Shown: piece by piece, positions 16,217 through 24,782 of the stretch
Position numbering within the stretch: the first letter of the stretch is position 1
Layout: every line of letters starts with the position of its first letter
Source: a virus
Length of the DNA stretch: 64,000 nt
Virus record (IMG/VR): IMGVR_UViG_3300026118_000002
Coordinates: 13,333 to 77,332 of that record
Strand: one strand, 5' to 3'
Program-made: the position numbers and the translations under genes
Notes under the pieces: model-generated
The model's database searches: none
Told to the model about the DNA's origin: nothing
Seen by the model: the letters and a program-made list of their open reading frames with translations, nothing else

Positions 16217-19111
16217 TTGGGTCAAGTTGCCGCAGAATTGGTCGTAGAAGTCCAGGGCCGTGCCGTCAACGTTGACGAGATACTCGCGCGCGTGGAGACG
16301 GAGGCACGACAGACCGATGCGGCGGCGCAGCAGCTTGCGGCGACGTTTAGCAGCCAGCTCGCCAGTGCAGGGCAGGCGGGTGCGGCGTCAATCCAACAGG
16401 TAGTGGAGGCGTTGCGCACGGCAAGCGCGGCGGCGGGACTTGATGAGTCGCAATTCCTCACATTAGCCGGGGCGCTCTCGCAAGAGGCGCTCGCGGCGGG
16501 TAATGCGGCGCAAGCCGATCAGATTCTTGAGCAGGCACTCCTGTCCGAGTCGCAACGCGCGCAGCAGGCAACAAGTGCGATCACGCAACTCTCACAGGCT
16601 CAACAGCAGCAATCGCAATCGGCTGGGCTTGGCGCGTCCTACGGGAATGCGTTCGCGGGCAGCCTGACCAGTATCATTGGTCCGGCAGCGGCAGCGGGCG
16701 CAGCGATTCAACTCGTACGTAGCGCGATCGGACAGGCCGAAGAGGGATTCAAGCTTCAGGCGTCATTCGACCAAGCGCATGCCTCACTTGCGATCCTGCT
16801 TAACGGCGTACGCGATAGCGGCGCGGTGTGGGCGGGCGCGGCAGCGTTTGCGGATCGCTACAAGCTGACGCAGCAGGAAGTAACCGAGGCGGTTCAAGCA
16901 TCCTCTCGCGTCATCCGGCAGACCAAAGCGCCAATCGAGGATGTCTTAGGCGCATTCGCACGACTCAAAGTGCTAGCTCCCGAGAAGTCGTTTCAGGACG
17001 CGGCGCGTGCGCTTGGCGAATTGCAGGCAGGACAGACCGGCAGCCTAAATAAGATGTTTAACGTGCCGCTCGCCTATGCGCACAAGATGAAACAGGAGAT
17101 CGACGGCGGCGCGGATGCCGTGGTGGTGCTGAATAAATATCTGGATACCACCGGCGTCACGATGGGCGCGCTCGACGCGCAGACGAAGGGCGCGACCGGC
17201 AAGCTCAAGGAAATGGCGCAAGCCAGCGAGCGATTGCAACTTGCTTTGAGCGGCGGATCGGGCGGGCCGGGACTGGCTCTTATTGACGAGAAGATCGCAA
17301 TCACGACTGGATTGACCCGCGTGCTGTCGGCAGACACGGCGCAAATGGGACAGAGCATCGTCCAGGCCGGGCAGCAGGGCAGCACGTCATTCCAGGGACT
17401 GATCTCCGCGCTTGGTCCGTTAGGCCCGCTCATCTCACAAGCCACTGGCTACGCGGGCGCGCACGCCGATGCACTACGGGCCGATGCGGCAGCGGCTCAG
17501 GCACAAGCCACCGCTGCGGCGGAAGCATCACAGGGGATCAATCTCCAATCGTCGGCGATGATTCAGGCTGCCGCTGCCGCTGAGGCTGCGCGTCAGGCTG
17601 CCGCCGATCACGCGATTGCTGTGCAAGACAGCGCGCAAGCATCCGCTGCCGATAGCATCGCTAAGAACGAGCAGGCGTCTGTCACCGAACTGCTCACCCT
17701 CCAGACCAACAACACGGTTAGCGCCTTTCTTGATCTGAATCCGAATCTGAGCGCGAGCGCGGCGGCGGCGGCGGCGGCGGCAGCGGGCTACGCCCCCGAG
17801 ATCGCCAAGCTGATCGAAATGGCGGCGCGGGCGCGAGACGCACGAGGCGAGATCGCAGCACTGAATGCGCAAGCTGGCATTGCGTCGCGCACTCAGCAGG
17901 ACTTTCGTGCGGGCGAGAGATCGGGGGGCGAATTTAACACTGCCGCTGATCAGGCGCGCGCGGCGGGCGCGCGACAGGCACAACTCCGCATCACACAAGA
18001 GGCCACCGACGCGGAAGACAAGTACAACCGACAGATCGGTAACTTCGGCCCAGTGCGGGCGCGGATCGAGTCTGAACTTGCGCTTGCGCGGGCGCGCGGC
18101 GACAAGGCAGCCGAATTTAACGCACTCACACAACTTGATCAGCTTGACGATAAAGTAGCAAAAGCGCACAAGGCGCGCGGTGGGGCCAAACTCTCCGACA
18201 CACAGAAACTCGACAACAGCCTCCTTGCACAGCAGGACAAAACCAACAATCAGGCTGAAGACGCCGCGCTCAAACACGAGAAGAAAATCGAGGCCATAGA
18301 ACAGGCAGCCTACCAAAAGCGCCTTGACGCTGAGAAAGCATTCAATCAAGACGAACTTGACGCGAACGCTTCCTTCTACGAGCAACTGGGCTCCGTCGGT
18401 AGTAGCGGCAACGCCAAGATCGATCAGCAGCTCCGCAAAGAGTTGAGTGCGCGCCGTGAGAACGCGGTACTGGAAGCGCAGAAACTGGGCGGCGATCAGG
18501 GCGATGCGTTTCTCAAGGCGAGTGAGGCGGCGATCTCCAAAGAAGGCCAGATCCAAGACAAGATCAACAAGGCCAAACAAGAGAAGAACGGCGGGGAAGC
18601 GGAGTACCAGGCGGGCATTCTCGCACTGCAAAAGAAGGCTGACGATGCGCGACTCGAATCAATCCGCACCGGCGGCAGCCAGATCGAGAATGAGCGCAAG
18701 AAGCAACTTGCGGACGAGGATAGCGCGTACCAGGAGCAGACTGGTAAGATTCAGACAGCCGCCGAGCGCGCACGCGATGCCAAGATTCTTGCCGCCGAGC
18801 GATCCGGGAAAGCCATTGACGTAGAGAATTTGAAGTTAGGCAAGCAAGCCGATCTACTTGACCGCATTGGCGGTGCGGCGGGCGGGCGAACAACCACGCC
18901 GCTTGGCACCCCAACGACTGCCGGTGCTGCCCCGCCGGCAGCGCTCGGCGGCGCAACGGTCGCTGGGCCATCAGGACCGCTTGACCTGAGTGCGCTCTTG
19001 TCTAAGCTTGACGAACTGAAAGACGCAGTCGTGGCAGCGGAGCGGCAAGGGGCGCAACAGGTCACAAGTGCGGTCCGTGGTGCGCAAGCGAGCGGCGGGG
19101 TCGCGGGCTGA
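16217..19111 (+). CDS. Tape measure protein
   Basis: 964 aa Ala/Gln-rich, helical; N-terminal VAAELVVEV; synteny. Confidence 0.9.
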   Translation: MGQVAAELVVEVQGRAVNVDEILARVETEARQTDAAAQQLAATFSSQLASAGQAGAASIQQVVEALRTASAAAGLDESQFLTLAGALSQEALAAGNAAQADQILEQALLSESQRAQQATSAITQLSQAQQQQSQSAGLGASYGNAFAGSLTSIIGPAAAAGAAIQLVRSAIGQAEEGFKLQASFDQAHASLAILLNGVRDSGAVWAGAAAFADRYKLTQQEVTEAVQASSRVIRQTKAPIEDVLGAFARLKVLAPEKSFQDAARALGELQAGQTGSLNKMFNVPLAYAHKMKQEIDGGADAVVVLNKYLDTTGVTMGALDAQTKGATGKLKEMAQASERLQLALSGGSGGPGLALIDEKIAITTGLTRVLSADTAQMGQSIVQAGQQGSTSFQGLISALGPLGPLISQATGYAGAHADALRADAAAAQAQATAAAEASQGINLQSSAMIQAAAAAEAARQAAADHAIAVQDSAQASAADSIAKNEQASVTELLTLQTNNTVSAFLDLNPNLSASAAAAAAAAAGYAPEIAKLIEMAARARDARGEIAALNAQAGIASRTQQDFRAGERSGGEFNTAADQARAAGARQAQLRITQEATDAEDKYNRQIGNFGPVRARIESELALARARGDKAAEFNALTQLDQLDDKVAKAHKARGGAKLSDTQKLDNSLLAQQDKTNNQAEDAALKHEKKIEAIEQAAYQKRLDAEKAFNQDELDANASFYEQLGSVGSSGNAKIDQQLRKELSARRENAVLEAQKLGGDQGDAFLKASEAAISKEGQIQDKINKAKQEKNGGEAEYQAGILALQKKADDARLESIRTGGSQIENERKKQLADEDSAYQEQTGKIQTAAERARDAKILAAERSGKAIDVENLKLGKQADLLDRIGGAAGGRTTTPLGTPTTAGAAPPAALGGATVAGPSGPLDLSALLSKLDELKDAVVAAERQGAQQVTSAVRGAQASGGVAG

Positions 19112-19491
19112 TGAGCTACTTGACGATGTATGGCAACGTATTCGACGGACTGCCGAATGGCACAGATGGGCAGGCGCATTGGCAGCCCACGAGTTATGCC
19201 GTCAAAGAGAAGCGGGTCAACGTCGTCCTAGAGGCAGCCAACGGCACGCGCAATCTTGTCGAGCGTAGCGTCTTGAAGCATGTTTGGGAGATCGGATGGG
19301 AGCCGACGAACAACGCGACGATGCTGACCTTACGAGGGATCGCGCGCCTCTATACCACATTCACGCTGATCGACATAGAGGCGGTATCGTTCACCGCGCA
19401 AATCGAAGACGAGTTCGCGCCAGAATGGGCGTTCAATACCCCGGCAGGCGCGGCGTTCTGGAAGTGCAAACTCGTTATTCACGAGAAATAA
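19111..19491 (+). CDS. Distal tail protein (putative)
   Basis: Directly after the tape measure gene; 126 aa. Confidence 0.6.
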   Translation: MSYLTMYGNVFDGLPNGTDGQAHWQPTSYAVKEKRVNVVLEAANGTRNLVERSVLKHVWEIGWEPTNNATMLTLRGIARLYTTFTLIDIEAVSFTAQIEDEFAPEWAFNTPAGAAFWKCKLVIHEK

Positions 19492-20988
19492 ATGCCGCTT
19501 AGTGACTATCTGCTTGAGATCAAACCTGCCGGTACCTGGATACCCATCGCCGATGGGGATGTGCTCAGCGTGCGCGGCTCGTGGTCTGTATCGAGCAACG
19601 AAAACAGTGGTGTGGCGTTCGGCGACGATACGGATGCGTCAATCTCAGGTGAACTCACACTGAATAATTGGTCAAATATCAACCACTTCACGCCAATCCG
19701 CTATACCACGACGATGGATGCGGATACAACCAAGACCTTTACCGGTGTGATCACGCGACACGCGCGCGACATGAGCAAGATCAGCCTTGACGCGACGGGG
19801 ATGAAGGCCCTTGTAGCCGCAACCAAGGTGTACTCACCCTCATTCGCGCGCCGACCCGTCGCCACGAAGACGACAAGTAGCAGCATCGAGAATCCAGCGA
19901 CAGCCGGCTATGTGGCGGGGCATATCAACTATTTGCTCTTTACCGCCGGCGGATGGCCGTACGAGCAAGCAGGCAGCAACCCCACAGCGACGTTTTACTA
20001 CAGTTGCGACCATGCCGTTCTCGCGCCAGACTGGACGTGGGCTGCCGGGGAGGATGCGTGGGCCGAATGTTTGCAACTCGCCAAGGATAGCGGCGGGCAG
20101 ATGTACCAGGACGCGAATGGCGTCGTGCGCTATCGGCAGATCGTCGGCTATGGCGGGCAGACAACGAGCGACACGTTGACCGAGGGCGACTATGCCGAGA
20201 TCGAGCAGGTGATTGATCCGGGCTTGATCTTCGCGACCAAGATCACCTGTCAGTACGTGCCACGACGACGGCTGGGCTTGCAAGAGATCGCCGACGACAC
20301 CACACCACACCATATCGAGCCCGGCGAGACGGCGACGATCGTGATCGAACAACAGAATCCCATTGCCTTCAACGCCGATGGCACACACTCACTTGAAGCC
20401 GCAACACCGGGCGGCTCGCAACTCAAGCCGGCAGCGCTCGTGGTTGCGCAGCAGGACGGCACGACGATTCAGCAAGGCGCGGGCGGCTATGCGCACACGC
20501 TCGACGTGAAGGCTGCGCGGGTCACCATTACGGTGACGAACAATTCAAGCAAGGCATGTACGGTATGGCGCGTGCGTCTGAACGCCTGCCCGATCGTCGT
20601 AGGGGAGGCGGGCAGCGTGTCAGCCGATAGCGGCGCAACGCCGGTGGTTGAGCGCATCCTAGAGCAGTCGCCGTACATTCAGAACGCGAGCGCGGCGCAG
20701 AGAATAGCCGATATGACGCTTGCCTTCTACGGCGCGGCCCGCCCGATGGTGACTGCGCGCGGCTGTGTGCATATCCCGAGCCGCGCAATCGGTAATGCGC
20801 TGTTGCTGACGTGTACGCCGTGGTCTATGAGTGCGCAGAAACATGTCGTGCTCAGTAAATCACATGATGACACAGGCGTGAAGGATGATCTGGTTTTGGC
20901 GTACGTGGAGGATTTGCCCGCTACGTCGGCGTTTTTCATTGTTGGACATACCTATGTAGCGTCGGATAACCGGCTGTTGGGGTGGTGA
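19492..20988 (+). CDS. Tail tip hub (Tal-like) protein
   Basis: LQLAKDSGGQMYQDANGVVRY and SPYIQN motifs; synteny. Confidence 0.65.
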   Translation: MPLSDYLLEIKPAGTWIPIADGDVLSVRGSWSVSSNENSGVAFGDDTDASISGELTLNNWSNINHFTPIRYTTTMDADTTKTFTGVITRHARDMSKISLDATGMKALVAATKVYSPSFARRPVATKTTSSSIENPATAGYVAGHINYLLFTAGGWPYEQAGSNPTATFYYSCDHAVLAPDWTWAAGEDAWAECLQLAKDSGGQMYQDANGVVRYRQIVGYGGQTTSDTLTEGDYAEIEQVIDPGLIFATKITCQYVPRRRLGLQEIADDTTPHHIEPGETATIVIEQQNPIAFNADGTHSLEAATPGGSQLKPAALVVAQQDGTTIQQGAGGYAHTLDVKAARVTITVTNNSSKACTVWRVRLNACPIVVGEAGSVSADSGATPVVERILEQSPYIQNASAAQRIADMTLAFYGAARPMVTARGCVHIPSRAIGNALLLTCTPWSMSAQKHVVLSKSHDDTGVKDDLVLAYVEDLPATSAFFIVGHTYVASDNRLLGW

Positions 20989-21078
20989 GTGTGGGCAGGA
21001 TTCTAACCTACCTGACATTGACGGTTCGCGCTCCCCGTCGCATCTGCCCGCATCAGCATAGACTGCGCGATCACACTC
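20983..21078 (-). ncRNA. tRNA-like RNA with encoded 3' CCA, antisense to the tail operon
   Basis: Acceptor stem GAGTGTG/CACACTC then A-CCA; T-arm GGTAGG-TTAGAAT-CCTGCC; two internal hairpins; own promoter. Confidence 0.6.
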
Positions 21079-21088
21079 ACTTGAGAGG

Positions 21089-21099
21089 ATTATAGCACA
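21089..21099 (-). promoter_or_regulatory. Extended -10 promoter for the tRNA-like RNA
   Basis: TGTGCTATAAT on the minus strand, 10 nt upstream of the RNA 5' G. Confidence 0.65.
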
Positions 21100-21101
21100 A
21101 A

Positions 21102-22583
21102 ATGCCAATCTGGGAGCAATTGCCGGCCTTCTACGCCAACAGTGAGCAGATCGATAGCTCGACTGACCTGAACCTGATGCGTGTTGCGACTGGGCTGATC
21201 GATCGCTGGTCGTATCGCAACGAGCCGGCCTTTGACTCGTCTACAGGCGTGGATCGAATTAACACGCCTGGCTACTATGATCTTACGACTCCACTCCGTA
21301 TCTGGTGGGGGTCGGCGCTCTACGTCACTGGCTGCACAACGCTGACAATCGAGGGCTTCGGCGCAAAGTCCAGCGCCGAACTGCTCAAGGTCTATATCAA
21401 CGGCACGGACGTGTCGGGGAGCGGTACCGCACTGGGCACGATTACCTTGCCCACTGGCTCGTCTGCCGCGTTTAGCCAGGCATTCACGGTCACTGGCTTG
21501 ACCGATGGCACGGTGGTACCGATCGAGATACGGGCTGAGGGCACGCACCTGTCAACGGCGACGTGGGTGATTATGGATGTCTATTTCAGCGCGATCACGA
21601 AGAGCGGATGGGTCGCTGCGCCGTCGTTCGCCGCCGTCGCCGATGCGACCGATCCCGTCAAGCTGAACGGGCTGTGCTTCTCACTCCAATGGATGTTCGA
21701 GCGCATGCGGCTCATCCCGATGGTGCCCCGACTCGCGCTCTTTTACAACTTAGGCCCGTTCAAAGACCCCAGCAGTGGCGATCCACAGCACACCAACCGC
21801 CCGATGTGGTATGGCTCGATTGGCCGCTACTATGCCAATGCCGAACTACGGATCGCGGGCGTGATCCAGAGTTTGACCACGACGGGCTACAACTTCACAG
21901 TCTATCTGAACGGCACACTCGCCTACACCAGCCCGACCTACGGCATCGGCAGCACCTACCCTGACGTACGAATCGCGCTCTCATCCTACACGCTTGGCAG
22001 CCGTGTGCGCGTCCACATTCTCGCCAGCGCAACGAATGGCGGGACGAGCAACCCGCTGCGCTTCACCCGATGGACGTTAGGGATATGCCACGCCTACGCC
22101 GATAGTAGCGGCTGGCCGTATGCAACACTGCCTGCGAAGTTCGTGGGACCATCGGCAAGTACGAACGCCGATGCGCTACGCATCAAGCTCGCGAACCTTG
22201 CGACGATTGTGAACAATGCCAAGGCGCGGATCGATGCACGGCCTGAGCAGTGGGCGCGTTCACGGGCGATGCGGCGCTACTACACACGCAATACCTTCAC
22301 GGAGCAGTTACTGGTTGCCCGCGCCCGCCCGCATGTACCACAGCGATCAGGGAGTGAATTGTTTGTCAAAGGCAAGGATATTAAGGTCGGCTACGGGCCG
22401 ATCACGGTCACCGTGGATGCGGCGGCGAACGGCTTTGAGAACTACCAATATCAACGCCAAGAGAGTGTGAGTGGGGCGGAAGCGGGGGCGCTCGTGGCGA
22501 TGGATGGGCTGAAGGGGCTCGACGTAGGGGAAGCCTACGCGATTTTAGGCGATCCGCTCTACGCTGCCGAATATATTTCCTAG
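21102..22583 (+). CDS. Minor tail protein
   Basis: 493 aa beta-rich; RBS GAGAGGA; tail module. Confidence 0.65.
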   Translation: MPIWEQLPAFYANSEQIDSSTDLNLMRVATGLIDRWSYRNEPAFDSSTGVDRINTPGYYDLTTPLRIWWGSALYVTGCTTLTIEGFGAKSSAELLKVYINGTDVSGSGTALGTITLPTGSSAAFSQAFTVTGLTDGTVVPIEIRAEGTHLSTATWVIMDVYFSAITKSGWVAAPSFAAVADATDPVKLNGLCFSLQWMFERMRLIPMVPRLALFYNLGPFKDPSSGDPQHTNRPMWYGSIGRYYANAELRIAGVIQSLTTTGYNFTVYLNGTLAYTSPTYGIGSTYPDVRIALSSYTLGSRVRVHILASATNGGTSNPLRFTRWTLGICHAYADSSGWPYATLPAKFVGPSASTNADALRIKLANLATIVNNAKARIDARPEQWARSRAMRRYYTRNTFTEQLLVARARPHVPQRSGSELFVKGKDIKVGYGPITVTVDAAANGFENYQYQRQESVSGAEAGALVAMDGLKGLDVGEAYAILGDPLYAAEYIS

Positions 22584-22987
22584 GGAGCAGGATGCAACAC
22601 ACACGCACGTTTCAGCGCGTCAATCAGCGCCATGAATGCGGCGGCACTGCGAATATCAGGATCGGTGCCGTACAGCTCTCGCCAGACAGCACGCGCCCAG
22701 CGCACCGGTTCGGCATCATCGGGGATCGGCGGGTCACCACGCATCACGGAGCGGATCATACTCAGCCATACGGCACGCCAGACTGCGGTATTCGGCAGCA
22801 GAGTCATCGGGCCGACCGACTCGGCGATAGTAGACATGCGCGCAATAACCAGGTCTGGCATGCGGCCCATGCGGGCCTGTAGTATAAATTGCTCGCGCTC
22901 TACGAGCAAAGCGGCTCGCGCACGAGACTCGGGATTATGACTCAGGGCGAGACCGCCAATGATCACTGTTAGTTGTTCGATGTTCAT
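22580..22987 (-). CDS. Antisense moron, hypothetical protein (probably leaderless)
   Basis: Fills the gap between tail genes; TGTGCTATACT lies 6 nt before its ATG. Confidence 0.55.
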   Translation of the reverse strand: MNIEQLTVIIGGLALSHNPESRARAALLVEREQFILQARMGRMPDLVIARMSTIAESVGPMTLLPNTAVWRAVWLSMIRSVMRGDPPIPDDAEPVRWARAVWRELYGTDPDIRSAAAFMALIDALKRACVLHPAP

Positions 22988-23012
22988 AGCACCAGTATAG
23001 CACAAGAACACA

Positions 23013-24446
23013 ATGCCACCTAGACCCATAGGTAAAAACCGCACCATTCGCCGGATCGACGGTGCCTCACAGCAGCCCTTCTCGCTCGCATCGGGCGACG
23101 GCGGCGTTATTCCGCAGACCGCACCGCCATCGCCGCCGACGATCGCCGCGCCGACGGGTCTTGCGTTGACTACCGCGCTCTACTCAGCCGTCACCCCAGC
23201 CGCGCGCATCAGTGCGACCTGGAATGGGCTTGAAAGCTACGACAACGAACTGTACGCCGTGCAAATCTCCACCGATAGCGCGTTCGCGGTCGCACTGACA
23301 GAGACCTATCGCACCGGCGTCAACCAGACGAGCATGCTGATCGACAATCGGCGCGTGAACACACTGTACTATGTGCGCGTGGCGGTGATTGTCGGCGACA
23401 CACAGAGCGATTGGAGCGCGGCGGTCAGTACTACAACTGGGATCGATACGGTCGCACCAAGCCCGCCGACGGGCATCACGGCAGCCTTTTTCAATGCTGG
23501 CGATCTGCTCATCACATGGACAAATCCAACCGAGACGAACTTCAGAGACGTGGAGGTCACGATCTGGACGAGTTCCGCCAAGACAACCCAACTCTGGATT
23601 GCCAACACCGCAACCGGGCGCTTCGTCTTCACATCGGGGATGAACGGTCAAGCGACGGCGGGTGTGTACGATCCGGCGCTGTATGTCGAACTGCGGTCGC
23701 GCAACTGGAATGAGGCGTACAGCGCTGCCGTGAACGCCTCAGCGACGCTCGCGCGACCGACAACCCCTGCTGGACTCACGTCGAGTTGGGCAGGTGACAC
23801 CGGGGCGGCTGGCCCCGATTGTACCGTGCGCTGGACCGCACTCGTGAACTACCGCTATTGGCTCACGATTGACAGTGTCGCGCGGGCGCTAGGTATCACG
23901 GATCAATTTACCGAGACGCTCGACGCGAATCGCACCGATCATAGTGGCACGCCCGATCAAGTGCTGAGTCTGTCGCTCGTGGCAGTTGACGCGTTAGGGC
24001 AGACCAGCGCCGCGCCCGCAATCGCCACAGCGACGAATGCCGCGCCCGCCGCGCCGACCGTCACGCTCACACCGGGGTTTTCATTCCTGATCGCAAACGT
24101 GACCAGCGCCGCCGCCGCTGATTTCTTGAGTTACGAATATGTCTGGAAGCGCGACGGCACGACCGTGCGCACGCTACCGAGCCCAGCCGCCCAGCAGCAG
24201 TACGAGTTGACTACGACTGAGGATGGTGGACAGCATAGCTGGACGGTCGCCGTACGCCAGAAAGACGTATTTGGGCAATTCAGCAGCGCCACCACAAGTA
24301 GTGCGGTTGTCTTAGAGGCACTGACGCTCGGCACACTCCGCGCGGGCGCGTACTACTCCGATAGCGACGGCGGCACATCGGCGACACTCAAGGCTGCATT
24401 GGCAGATGATGTAAGATCATCGGGGGGGGTCGTGTATAGCGCATAG
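23013..24446 (+). CDS. Fibronectin type III-repeat tail protein
   Basis: APTGLAL...ATW...YYVRV...SDWS and DTVAPSPPTGI...TW FN3 patterns. Confidence 0.8.
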   Translation: MPPRPIGKNRTIRRIDGASQQPFSLASGDGGVIPQTAPPSPPTIAAPTGLALTTALYSAVTPAARISATWNGLESYDNELYAVQISTDSAFAVALTETYRTGVNQTSMLIDNRRVNTLYYVRVAVIVGDTQSDWSAAVSTTTGIDTVAPSPPTGITAAFFNAGDLLITWTNPTETNFRDVEVTIWTSSAKTTQLWIANTATGRFVFTSGMNGQATAGVYDPALYVELRSRNWNEAYSAAVNASATLARPTTPAGLTSSWAGDTGAAGPDCTVRWTALVNYRYWLTIDSVARALGITDQFTETLDANRTDHSGTPDQVLSLSLVAVDALGQTSAAPAIATATNAAPAAPTVTLTPGFSFLIANVTSAAAADFLSYEYVWKRDGTTVRTLPSPAAQQQYELTTTEDGGQHSWTVAVRQKDVFGQFSSATTSSAVVLEALTLGTLRAGAYYSDSDGGTSATLKAALADDVRSSGGVVYSA

Positions 24447-24460
24447 CGGCACGCGGAATA

Positions 24461-24469
24461 TGCTATAAT
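24461..24469 (+). promoter_or_regulatory. Extended -10 promoter
   Basis: TGCTATAAT in the intergenic gap upstream of leader copy 2. Confidence 0.6.
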
Positions 24470-24513
24470 ACACAGCAGGGGCAGCACGCGCGCTGTCCAC
24501 ACACAACTGAATT

Positions 24514-24565
24514 CATCCGACGATCCAACGGGTCGTAACTCTTGCGAGTTACGACCCGTTTTGTT
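24514..24565 (+). terminator. Leader terminator/antiterminator element, copy 2
   Basis: CATCCGACGATCC, then a perfect 15-bp hairpin (24527-24560) and TTGTT. Confidence 0.65.
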
Positions 24566-24587
24566 GTGTCTGAAAAGAGAAACGCAT

Positions 24588-24773
24588 ATGAAGCCCATCG
24601 CACCCACACCGCCCGCCGCGCCGGTCATCCCGGCTCCGCAGGTGCCCGCACTTACGGCGCTACGCGCGGGGGCGATCTATAAAGACAGCACCGGCAGAAG
24701 TAGCGCAGTCTTGGCGGTGCTGAAAGACGACAATCGTGCGGCGGGCAGCCCCGGCATTACCTACGGGCCGTAG
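24588..24773 (+). CDS. Small protein paralogous to the C-terminus of the FN3 tail protein
   Basis: LRAGAIYKDSTG...LKDDNR...GITY versus LRAGAYYSDSDG...LADDVR...GVVY. Confidence 0.6.
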   Translation: MKPIAPTPPAAPVIPAPQVPALTALRAGAIYKDSTGRSSAVLAVLKDDNRAAGSPGITYGP

Positions 24774-24782
24774 AGGAACAGT

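Noticed and set aside
17528-18631. 367-aa minus-strand ORF
   Set aside because: Antisense shadow of the tape measure gene
20983-21078. tRNA-Sec or tmRNA
   Set aside because: No UCA anticodon arm, no tag reading frame, no G3-U70 pair, and too short for tmRNA
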